From an uncultured Gammaproteobacteria bacterium (GTDB lineage: Bacteria > Patescibacteriota > Patescibacteriia > UBA1558 > 2-01-FULL-52-15): DNA of 64,000 bases. The notes under the pieces were generated by a model. The model was not told the DNA's origin and did not search any database. It saw only the letters and a list, made by a program, of their open reading frames with translations. Shown here piece by piece: positions 19,181 to 27,324 of this stretch; the stretch's first letter is position 1; each line of letters begins with the position of its first letter. The stretch is taken from the NCBI GenBank assembly GCA_964422585.1, contig CAYRBH010000004.1, forward strand, positions 886-64,885. The letters are read 5' to 3'. The translations under genes were made by a program, and so were the position numbers.

Positions 19181-20233
19181 ATGGCAGACACTACAGATAA
19201 TCTCCAGCTTGAAGATAAGCAGCTTCTCAATGCTCGTGAATTGAAAGATGATAAGACATGGGATCTGACTCTTCGTCCTCGGTCATTGAATGATTACATT
19301 GGCCAAGATCAAGTAAAAGAGAATTTAAAGATATTTTTGGCTGCCGCGAAGAAACGTGGTGAGCCTATCGAGCATGTGCTGGTCTATGGGCCTCCGGGTT
19401 TGGGTAAGACAACGCTCGCGCATATCATCGCGCGCGAGATGGACGCGAATATACGCGTGACATCCGGCACCGCTGTGACCAAGGCAGGGGATCTCGCAGC
19501 CCTGCTCACGAATTTGCAGGAAGGTGATATTCTCTTCATCGACGAGATACATCGGTTGCCGAAGAACATCGAAGAGGTCTTGTATCCTGCGATGGAAGAT
19601 TTCGTTCTGGATATCGTTCTGGGTAAGGGTCCATCCGCCCAAGTCGTACGGCTCAATCTCCCTCGCTTCACTATTATTGGCGCTACGACACGGTATAATT
19701 TGTTATCATCGCCACTACGCGATCGTTTCGGTGTGACCTATCGGCTTGATTTCTATAGAAAAGAAGACATTTCGCATATTATTAAGCGTTCAGCGCAGCT
19801 CCTAGGCATTAAAATAGATGAAGAAGCTGCGCAGGAGATTTCGAAGCGCAGCCGCGCCACGCCGCGTGTGGCGAATAGGATTTTAAAACGAGTGCGGGAC
19901 TTCTCACAGGTAAAAGGCGATGGAGCGCGCATTACTGAAGCTCAAGTGCGATCGGCGCTCGACATGCTTGCCGTCGATCATATGGGCTTGGAAGAGTTGG
20001 ATAGGAAAGTCCTGCGCGCTATCGTGGAGCATTTCGGCGGAGGACCAGTAGGACTTACGAATGTGGCAGCGATTGTGCAGGAAGACTCGGGTACCATCGA
20101 AGAGGTATATGAGCCCTATCTTATGCAGCTTGGTTTCCTTGCACGCACCTCACGCGGACGCGTGGTGACTGAGCGTGGCTATGAACATATTGGCGTGAAG
20201 CCACCATCAGATTTGAGTAATAAATTACTCTAG
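19181..20233 (+). CDS. ruvB: Holliday junction branch migration helicase RuvB
   Basis: LRPRSLNDYIGQ, GPPGLGKTTLA, LFIDEIHRL, LYPAMEDF, PLRDRFG, YEPYLMQ. Confidence 0.98.
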   Translation: MADTTDNLQLEDKQLLNARELKDDKTWDLTLRPRSLNDYIGQDQVKENLKIFLAAAKKRGEPIEHVLVYGPPGLGKTTLAHIIAREMDANIRVTSGTAVTKAGDLAALLTNLQEGDILFIDEIHRLPKNIEEVLYPAMEDFVLDIVLGKGPSAQVVRLNLPRFTIIGATTRYNLLSSPLRDRFGVTYRLDFYRKEDISHIIKRSAQLLGIKIDEEAAQEISKRSRATPRVANRILKRVRDFSQVKGDGARITEAQVRSALDMLAVDHMGLEELDRKVLRAIVEHFGGGPVGLTNVAAIVQEDSGTIEEVYEPYLMQLGFLARTSRGRVVTERGYEHIGVKPPSDLSNKLL

Positions 20234-20244
20234 AAAAGGAATAA

Positions 20245-20273
20245 GGGCGGGTCCGCTTTCGCTAGACCCGCCC
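20245..20273. terminator. terminator hairpin between ruvB and a convergent small ORF
   Basis: GGGCGGGTC...GACCCGCCC stem. Confidence 0.6.
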
Positions 20274-20294
20274 CGGTTTGGATGATGCCACCGC

Positions 20295-20360
20295 TTACGG
20301 TGGTTGGCCTCTGTAGGCCGTCAGCTTCTTCTGGAGGCGCTCGTTGACCATTCCGATCAT
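20295..20360 (-). CDS. 21-aa small peptide MIGMVNERLQKKLTAYRGQPP
   Basis: AGGAGG SD, TTGACA-17-TAAGAT promoter (20434-20406), downstream terminator. Confidence 0.5.
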   Translation of the reverse strand: MIGMVNERLQKKLTAYRGQPP

Positions 20361-20517
20361 CGTTCGTGTCCTCCTGCCTTTTGCGGCCGAAGACTGTCAA
20401 AAGGTATCTTACGATACTTTTACCTTTTTGTCAATAGTCTTTTACTAATAAAAAATAGCCCAATGGCTATAGATGTTGCGGCGGCGTTCGGGACTTTCGT
20501 CTCGAACGCCGCCGTGG

Positions 20518-20652
20518 TTAGGCGACTTTACGACCGTACTGCGGTCGTCGCAGGCACCACAGGCGCTGACGGGCCATCCGGATAGTCCGGAAATACTTGA
20601 GTCTCGTCGATGCGTTCGGCCGCGCGTTGCGCCTCTTGCCTCGTCGTGCCAT
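20518..20652 (-). CDS. 44-aa Arg-rich peptide MARRGKRRNARPNASTRLKYFRTIRMARQRLWCLRRPQYGRKVA
   Basis: AGGAGGG SD just after the ychF stop; followed by a GAAA-loop hairpin. Confidence 0.55.
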   Translation of the reverse strand: MARRGKRRNARPNASTRLKYFRTIRMARQRLWCLRRPQYGRKVA

Positions 20653-20675
20653 GCTGTTCCCTCCTAGCCCAAGAG

Positions 20676-21737
20676 CTAGTTGAAGTGGAAATGTACCACG
20701 TCACCATCATTGATGACATAGTCCTTTCCCTCTATGCGTAGTGTACCCAATTCTTTCGCCTTCGTCCACGAGCCTGCTTTGAGTAATTCTTGCCAGTTGA
20801 TGACCTCGGCTCGGATGAAGCCTTTTTCGAAATCAGTATGGATGACGCCAGCTGCTTGTGGCGCTTTTGAGCCACGCACGACGGTCCAGGCTTTACTTTC
20901 CATAGGGCCAGTCGTGATGAAACTGATGAGCTTCAGGAGTTTATAACTTTTCGCGATAAGTTGATTTAGGCCGGTGTCAGTGATACCGAGCTCTTTCAAG
21001 AAGGTGGGTAATTCCTCAGCCGGCACTTCAGCGAGCTCTGATTCGAGCTTCGCGCAAATCTTCACCGCATTCTGAGGCATCGGAATATTTTTTTTCAGCT
21101 CTTCTTCGCTGACATTGTAGGCATAGATGAGCGGCTTCAAGCTCAGAAGTTTATATTGTTTCAGCAGATGCTCTTCTTCATCGGTCCAGCCGACATTGTA
21201 GAGCATGCGATGTTCTTGCAGATTTTTGACGACCTTCTCGAGCAAAGCATCTTCAGCGATAAGATCATTGGTTTTTGGTCCCTTCAGCTGGTCTTTGACG
21301 CGAGCAAGGCGTTTTTCCACGATCTCAAGATCCGCGATCATAAGCTCGAGGTTGATGACCTGCGTATCTTCTTCCGGATTGACCTTGCCATGTACATGGA
21401 TGACATTCGGATCGTCGAACGTTCTGACGACTTGCACGAGCGCATCCACTTCACGGATATGGCTCAGGAATTTGTTGCCTAAACCTTCGCCTTTCGAAGC
21501 GCCTTTGACCAAACCAGCTATATCGACGAACTCTATCGTCGTTGGGACGACTTTCTCAGAGTGAGAAAGTACGGCGAGTTTCTCCAGTCGTGCATCGGGT
21601 ACGGCAACGACACCGACATTCGGATCTATCGTGCAGAATGGGTAATTCGCGGCATCGACTTTCTTTTTCGTGAGTGCCTGAAACAAGGTTGATTTGCCAA
21701 CATTGGGTAGTCCGATAATGCCAAGTTGTAATGCCAT
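20676..21737 (-). CDS. ychF: ribosome-binding ATPase YchF
   Basis: [59 protein letters not shown]. Confidence 0.98.
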   Translation of the reverse strand: MALQLGIIGLPNVGKSTLFQALTKKKVDAANYPFCTIDPNVGVVAVPDARLEKLAVLSHSEKVVPTTIEFVDIAGLVKGASKGEGLGNKFLSHIREVDALVQVVRTFDDPNVIHVHGKVNPEEDTQVINLELMIADLEIVEKRLARVKDQLKGPKTNDLIAEDALLEKVVKNLQEHRMLYNVGWTDEEEHLLKQYKLLSLKPLIYAYNVSEEELKKNIPMPQNAVKICAKLESELAEVPAEELPTFLKELGITDTGLNQLIAKSYKLLKLISFITTGPMESKAWTVVRGSKAPQAAGVIHTDFEKGFIRAEVINWQELLKAGSWTKAKELGTLRIEGKDYVINDGDVVHFHFN

Positions 21738-21871
21738 AGTTGTATCTCTCTTTGAACTATCGCAGTGTACGGATAAAAGCCCGCATTGTCAACGAATCTG
21801 CCGGGTGCTATGGTAGTGGAGTGATCCATTGTTCTTAACAGCAGCATCTGTTACCCGGCAAGGGGGTCTTG

Positions 21872-22312
21872 ATGCGTAAGATCTATAGCAGCAGCGAGAA
21901 CGTGGTGCGTGCACTGAACATTTCTCTCAAGTTCTGCCAGGATTTGTCCCTTCAGATCGGGGAATGCGGAAGACGTAATAGCCGCGTTCTGCGGGAGCTT
22001 ACTAAAAGGCTTTCTCAGGAGCCATATCTCACGGATGAGGTTGAACATCTCTGTTACAAGTGGCTTGAGCTCACGAAGGTGCAGGAGACTTTCCAGGAAG
22101 CGCAGCTGGCTTTATTTGTAGCACATGTGCATCTTACGCAAGGTTCTGGGCTGTCTTTCATGCGTGTCATCGATGATTTTTGTCTTACGGAAGCCCGCAC
22201 GCTGGTCCTGGGCGACTTCGGTTTTGAACTGGATGGGGCAGAGAGGTTTCGTTGGGTTCAGCCGGCGTTGGAGCTGCATGAGTTGAATGCGCCAGTTACT
22301 ACGGTGCATTAA
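21872..22312 (+). CDS. hypothetical protein
   Basis: AAGGGGG SD, own TTGTCA/TGcTATGGT promoter, downstream hairpin. Confidence 0.6.
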   Translation: MRKIYSSSENVVRALNISLKFCQDLSLQIGECGRRNSRVLRELTKRLSQEPYLTDEVEHLCYKWLELTKVQETFQEAQLALFVAHVHLTQGSGLSFMRVIDDFCLTEARTLVLGDFGFELDGAERFRWVQPALELHELNAPVTTVH

Positions 22313-22392
22313 GGAGGATAGTCCTGCTCAGGCTTGCGCTTGGGCAGGATTGTTCGTTTGTCTGAAATCTTATAAGAAGCTATACTTCCTCT

Positions 22393-22974
22393 ATGAAACT
22401 ATTCACTGATATTTCGAGAGAACTCAGGGCGTACGAGAAAGCACGCGAATCGGTCATTAAAGTCAGTCGTGACTATTTGACCGCGTCGAAGGGCATTATC
22501 TTTTTGTGTCATGAGAATAAGCTTGCTGAGGCTTTGCAGCAACTCACACTCGTGACGAAGAATATGATCGCGAGCGAACGTGATCTGAAGAAAGCATTGC
22601 TCAAAGCGCAGAAAACTTTTTCCCTCTATGAAGAAGGTTCATGGAATGCAGCGGTTGAGGAGTATCTCGAAGCGTGGTTTTTCGTTCAGTTCCTGAAGAC
22701 CGGTAAACTTATGGTGCCAAAGATCAACCCGCCGGCTCATGTGTACTTAGGCGCTCTGGCTGATTTCACGGGTGAAGTAGTGCGACGATCAGTTCTGAAA
22801 GGCGCGGATAAGGATGTAAGGACCTTAGAAAAATATCGCAAGGTTATTGCTGATGTTGTCGCATTCATGATGCCCTTATACCTCACTGGCCAGAGCAGAC
22901 AGAAATTTGATCAAGCGAAAAGAAATCTCAAGTCAGTGGAGGAGATATTGTATGAGGTGAAGATTCGGATATAG
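22393..22974 (+). CDS. translin/TRAX family protein
   Basis: RESVIKVSRD, EEYLEA, YLGALADFTGEVVRR, RQKFD...VEEILYEV motifs. Confidence 0.85.
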   Translation: MKLFTDISRELRAYEKARESVIKVSRDYLTASKGIIFLCHENKLAEALQQLTLVTKNMIASERDLKKALLKAQKTFSLYEEGSWNAAVEEYLEAWFFVQFLKTGKLMVPKINPPAHVYLGALADFTGEVVRRSVLKGADKDVRTLEKYRKVIADVVAFMMPLYLTGQSRQKFDQAKRNLKSVEEILYEVKIRI

Positions 22975-23033
22975 CTGGATTTTGTCTTACCTTAAGCAAT
23001 TGTGTATGCGAGTGTTTGAATACAAGCGCAGTC

Positions 23034-23189
23034 TTATTCACCGCCTGCGTCTCGTTTCATGATGCTCAGATTGCACTGCTTGCATTCCCAGTAGAGACGA
23101 ATACGCCCATCAGTATGTTTTCTAACAGAGTCGACTGTTAGCTCAGTTCCGCATTGTGGGCAGGGCAGTGTTTCTTTTTGTTCGTTCAT
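23034..23189 (-). CDS. 51-aa zinc-ribbon protein (not in the ORF track)
   Basis: MNEQKETLPCPQCGTELTVDSVRKHTDGRIRLYWECKQCNLSIMKRDAGGE; CPxC...CxxC. Confidence 0.7.
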   Translation of the reverse strand: MNEQKETLPCPQCGTELTVDSVRKHTDGRIRLYWECKQCNLSIMKRDAGGE

Positions 23190-23232
23190 GGTTTTAGAAT
23201 TTTGCATACGCGGTGTTGTGCGAAATCGAGAG

Positions 23233-23649
23233 TCAGCTCTCTAGAAGACTTTTCCCACGCTCCTTAACGTTGTCTTCAAATGTCAGCTTGTCTTTTGATA
23301 GTTCTTTTACCTCTTTTGGTAATCCCGAGATATCAAAGTAACGAATTGGTCGCCCTATGCTTTTAAACATTTCGATCTCCGCAAGCACGCCATCGCTGAT
23401 CTCGCCATAGACCCATATTTCATCACAACGTTTCATTACATTGTTGTTCCCATTGCGTACTAGGTTTCTGTCCACTAACTCGTACAGATAATAGCCAAAG
23501 GTGTTAAAAGGGTTTACGGGCACTACCCCTTGTTCAAAGGCGTGCTTGCATATGAGCATGCGTTGATGGAAGTTTTTAGCTGACTGAGCAGTATATACCA
23601 CTTTTTTCTCTTCTTGTAATGTTTTTGCAACGTGTTCAGAGTTTCCCAT
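23233..23649 (-). CDS. nucleoside 2-deoxyribosyltransferase-like (DUF4406-type) protein, cassette-borne
   Basis: VVYTA...GVVPVNP...MKRCDEIWVYGEISDGVLAEIE...PIRYF pattern. Confidence 0.7.
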   Translation of the reverse strand: MGNSEHVAKTLQEEKKVVYTAQSAKNFHQRMLICKHAFEQGVVPVNPFNTFGYYLYELVDRNLVRNGNNNVMKRCDEIWVYGEISDGVLAEIEMFKSIGRPIRYFDISGLPKEVKELSKDKLTFEDNVKERGKSLLES

Positions 23650-23822
23650 ACAAATTAATATTTGAAGTTATCGCCAACCCATTTATCTGTCCTGCTGACT
23701 CTCGATTTCGTACAACGTACACTGATGTGCGACGTTGCGCAGTCCGCGTGCTGCTATAATTATCTCAAATAGCAGCTAAGCGGACAAGCAATTTTGGATG
23801 AGCGGGCGTCAAGGTAAAATTA

Positions 23823-24344
23823 TTATTGATTAAGCTCCATTCTTTGGTTAACGAAATTGTCTATTTCTTCTGGAGATAGTGCTGCCGGCCCACCTAATAT
23901 GAAGCAATAGGCGCCAGGATTATTTGCATTAAAACTGTATGTGCAATGAGCTAAGTCAGTATTTTCAAAAGCGTCCTTTAGAGTCCAATAAGTTCCATCA
24001 TTTCCATTATATATAGGGCCAGTATAAGTAATATAGACGAAACATTTATTCATGGACTGGTTATAATGGTTAGTTTGTGAAAAATTATGTAAATTTACAT
24101 TAATATTTTCTTTTTCAAATCCTGCTAATTCTTTTTGAGCTTGTTCAGAACACTTTGCTTTCGCATCTAAATTTGCAGCTTCCGCTAATTCTTTTTGAGC
24201 TTGTTCAGAGTTTTTTGCCTGTGTATCTAAATTAGCAGCGCTAGACGTTTTTTTGTTTGAGTTGAAAATAGTAATATAATTATAACATGATAAAACTAGT
24301 AAAAATGTCAATGCCACTAAACAAATTTTGAGCCATTTTTTCAT
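23823..24344 (-). CDS. membrane-anchored or secreted protein with a 20-aa tandem repeat
   Basis: ATG 24344 after AAGG; N-terminal TM; AANLDxxAKxSEQAQKELA twice; AT-rich. Confidence 0.7.
   Translation of the reverse strand: MKKWLKICLVALTFLLVLSCYNYITIFNSNKKTSSAANLDTQAKNSEQAQKELAEAANLDAKAKCSEQAQKELAGFEKENINVNLHNFSQTNHYNQSMNKCFVYITYTGPIYNGNDGTYWTLKDAFENTDLAHCTYSFNANNPGAYCFILGGPAALSPEEIDNFVNQRMELNQ
24124..24239. repeat. 60-bp tandem duplication inside a CDS
   Basis: GCTAATTCTTTTTGAGCTTGTTCAGA at 24124 and 24184, with similar flanks. Confidence 0.85.
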
Positions 24345-24390
24345 CCTTATAGAAATAGTTTTACTTAGCTCGCGAAGAGGCAATCCGGTG

Positions 24391-24762
24391 TTAGTCGCCG
24401 TTCTTCGCCACTTCTTTTTTATAATCGCTATCAATTTTTTTTAATTCGTCATTCAGTTTGTTACTCCTGTCGTACATTTTTCTTAATTTTTTGGGTGATA
24501 AATTTTTCTTGAACAAAGCTTTTGTCAGTACCGCCTGATGAATTAAAAAACTATCTAAAGGGTAATAAGTAGCCGATTTCCCTCTACTATCTGCGATTGA
24601 TTTGACTAAACTAGAAGATTGTTTCCAATTTTCGAGCCCAATCTCTAAAAGTACACGACGATGCTCATAACGCTTAGTAATAATGGTTGTTATGATTGTA
24701 GTTACTGATCCGATTGTCGCTCCTAAAAGGGTGCCTATTAAGATATATAATTCGGAAGACAT
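24391..24762 (-). CDS. hypothetical protein with an N-terminal TM helix, cassette-borne
   Basis: AT-rich; its stop TAA lies inside the CTAAC inverse-core-like site. Confidence 0.7.
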   Translation of the reverse strand: MSSELYILIGTLLGATIGSVTTIITTIITKRYEHRRVLLEIGLENWKQSSSLVKSIADSRGKSATYYPLDSFLIHQAVLTKALFKKNLSPKKLRKMYDRSNKLNDELKKIDSDYKKEVAKNGD

Positions 24763-24895
24763 AGTTTGTAAATTAGTGGCGAAGAATGGAGTCTAACAAT
24801 GTTTATACGAACTCACTGATAGACTACCGCCTTTTTCTGCTGAAATCAAGCTATATTTCAAAACTCGGTCAATGTGTGGTAAGCTGTCTCTCTCT

Positions 24896-26878
24896 ATGAT
24901 CGACTTTAAAAAAGAATTGAACAAAGGTCAGTATGAAGTGGTTAGTTCCGGCGATGGGCCGGTCTTGGTGTTGGCAGGAGCTGGCTCTGGGAAAACACGG
25001 GCATTAACCTATCGCGTTGCCTATCTTATCGAGCAGAAAGTCGATCCTTCGAAGATTTTACTCTTAACATTCACGAATAAAGCCGCGCATGAAATGATGA
25101 CTCGTGTCGATGGCCTGGTGAAAGATTCGAAGTTAACGAAGCGAGTATGGGGCGGGACGTTCCATCATGTAGCGCACAGGCTACTCCGAAAAATGGGTAC
25201 AGCAGTCGGCTTGAAGAATAATTTCGTCATTCTGGATCGTGAGGATAGCAAAGATTTGCTCAAACGCATTACCAAAGGCATGGCTGATGTAACTGGCAAA
25301 CGGTTACCGCAGCCCGGACTTTTTCTCGAAGTCATAAGTTATGCTGTGAATGCGCAGGTGTCTATGGAAGACGCTTTGGCACGGAAATTCCCAGATGGCT
25401 TGGATCGTATCGAGTTGTTCATGACAGTCGCGAAAGAGTATGAAACACGCAAGAAACAGGGTCAGCTCGTTGATTTCGATGATTTGCTTCTCTATTGGTT
25501 GCGGCTTCTGCAATTGCCGAAGATCCGAGAGAAAATGCAGGGTTTGTGGGACTATATTCTCGTCGATGAGTACCAAGATACGAATGTCGTGCAGGATGCT
25601 ATCGTGCGCATTTTGGGTGAGAAGCATAAAAACGTATTAGTGGTAGGGGATGACGCGCAAAGTATCTATTCATTTCGTGCTGCGGACATCGCGAATATTT
25701 TAAATTTCCCGCGCGTCTTTCCCGATACGAAAATCATACGACTGGAAGAGAATTATCGTTCAACGCCGGAGATCTTGGAGGTTGCGAATCACTTGATTAG
25801 CCAGAATGAACGGCAATTCAAGAAAGAGCTCTTCACGTCACAAGAATCCTCAGTGAAGCCAGAGCTTATGGTTGCGCAAGATCCGTCTGAAGAAGCAGAA
25901 ATGGTCACTGAGCGTATCATTGCGCTTGAAAATGAAGGCGTGGACTTGTCGAATATCGCAGTGTTGTTCCGGGCGGCGCATCAGAGCCAGGAATTAGAAC
26001 TAGAACTTAACCGTCGGGCTATCCCGTACGAAATGCGCGGCGGCATTCGTTTCTTCGAACGAGCGCATATCAAGGATGCCTTGGCTTATGTGAAAATTGT
26101 AGCGAATATTCAGGATGAAGTATCCTGGTCACGCATTTTGCAGCTCTATGAAGGTATTGGCGATGCAGGCGCGCAGAAGATCATAGCGCAGGTTCGCGAG
26201 TGCGGTACGTGGGAAGCAGTGCAGAAGCATCCGATGACGCTTGGTGCCAATGCTTCGAAAGGCTGGGATATGTTCATGCGGCATAGCGCTCTCATTTTGC
26301 CGAAGCTTGCTGAAGGTCCAGCGGAGTTACTCCGTGCTGTCGCCAAGAGTTATCGCGAATATGCTATCTCGGCTTTCACTGACTATAAGGATCGTCTCGA
26401 TGATCTGGAGCAGTTTGCTTTGTTCGCGGAGAGATATGATGATGTAGATGATTTTCTCGCAGAAACGACCTTGCAAGAGGCATTCGCCTTACGTCCTGGC
26501 TCAGAGAGCAAGGATGAGAAGGGTGTAGTGTTAAGTACGATACATCAGGCCAAAGGTTTGGAATGGCACACGGTCTTCATCACCCATCTGACCCAAAACT
26601 CTATCCCGCATCCGAAAGCCATGATGGAAGATGGCGGACTCGAAGAAGAGCGCAGGCTTATGTATGTGGCTATCACCCGCGCGCAGCGGCGTTTGTATCT
26701 GCTCTATCCATTGTCTACGTCACGCTATACAGTTGGCTTGAACCAGCCGTCACAATTCCTGCAGGAGATAAATCCAAGTATGCTCAATGGCACACTTGAA
26801 CAAGATGACGGAGAGAGCTATATTAATGTAGATGAGAATGGTGATAGAAGCTATTTACCTTCGATAGATAGACTATGA
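24896..26878 (+). CDS. UvrD/PcrA family ATP-dependent helicase
   Basis: AGAGSGKT, LTFTNKAA, VDEYQDTN, VGDDAQSIYSFR, NYRS, STIHQAKGLEW, EERRLMYVAITRA. Confidence 0.95.
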   Translation: MIDFKKELNKGQYEVVSSGDGPVLVLAGAGSGKTRALTYRVAYLIEQKVDPSKILLLTFTNKAAHEMMTRVDGLVKDSKLTKRVWGGTFHHVAHRLLRKMGTAVGLKNNFVILDREDSKDLLKRITKGMADVTGKRLPQPGLFLEVISYAVNAQVSMEDALARKFPDGLDRIELFMTVAKEYETRKKQGQLVDFDDLLLYWLRLLQLPKIREKMQGLWDYILVDEYQDTNVVQDAIVRILGEKHKNVLVVGDDAQSIYSFRAADIANILNFPRVFPDTKIIRLEENYRSTPEILEVANHLISQNERQFKKELFTSQESSVKPELMVAQDPSEEAEMVTERIIALENEGVDLSNIAVLFRAAHQSQELELELNRRAIPYEMRGGIRFFERAHIKDALAYVKIVANIQDEVSWSRILQLYEGIGDAGAQKIIAQVRECGTWEAVQKHPMTLGANASKGWDMFMRHSALILPKLAEGPAELLRAVAKSYREYAISAFTDYKDRLDDLEQFALFAERYDDVDDFLAETTLQEAFALRPGSESKDEKGVVLSTIHQAKGLEWHTVFITHLTQNSIPHPKAMMEDGGLEEERRLMYVAITRAQRRLYLLYPLSTSRYTVGLNQPSQFLQEINPSMLNGTLEQDDGESYINVDENGDRSYLPSIDRL

Positions 26879-27318
26879 GTACCGACTCTCTACGTGAATT
26901 AGTACAACAAGTTCTAGCGAAGGGCTATCTCATGAGCCTTGCCACAGCTGATGATTCCGGTCTGTGGGTTGCTGATGTGATTTATATTTTTGATGAGAAT
27001 CTCAATCTCTATTGGATGTCTGATCCTGACGTCCGCCATTCTCAAGCGGTTGCGAAAAATACTCAGGTGGCGGGGACGATTACGGTGAGTCAGGCGGGTG
27101 AAGACAATCTTGGCATTCAATTTCATGGGCAAGCAGAGAAAATAGATGGTAATCGTCATGACCTTGCTGTTAAGCACTTCCAGAAAAGAAATAAGCCAGC
27201 GCCGTCAGAGGAAGACGATGTGTTGCAGGGAGACTCTTGGTATATGCTGCGACCTACTTCTTTTGACCTTATTCATGAATCACTTTTTGGTTTTGATAAA
27301 AAAACATTAAAACTATAA
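26875..27318 (+). CDS. pyridoxamine 5'-phosphate oxidase-like (YhbP/UPF0306-like) protein
   Basis: MSLAT, W-V-A, S-x-x-x-x-R-H-S, VAGTI, GIQFHG pattern. Confidence 0.75.
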   Translation: MSTDSLRELVQQVLAKGYLMSLATADDSGLWVADVIYIFDENLNLYWMSDPDVRHSQAVAKNTQVAGTITVSQAGEDNLGIQFHGQAEKIDGNRHDLAVKHFQKRNKPAPSEEDDVLQGDSWYMLRPTSFDLIHESLFGFDKKTLKL

Positions 27319-27324
27319 CAAACA

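Larger units (their letters stand above)
22994..24813 (-). mobile_element. degenerate integron-like gene-cassette array (CALIN-like), no integrase in the window
   Basis: Co-oriented AT-rich genes; 23-bp inverted repeats 23215-23237/23694-23716 and 24390-24412/24775-24797 with GTT/AAC ends; attC-like half sites at 22994-23016, 23198-23220 and 23711-23796. Confidence 0.6.

Noticed and set aside
19044-20256. CGGGTCCGCT on both sides of ruvB as possible direct repeats
   Set aside because: Only 10 bp, and each copy is one arm of an independent terminator hairpin.
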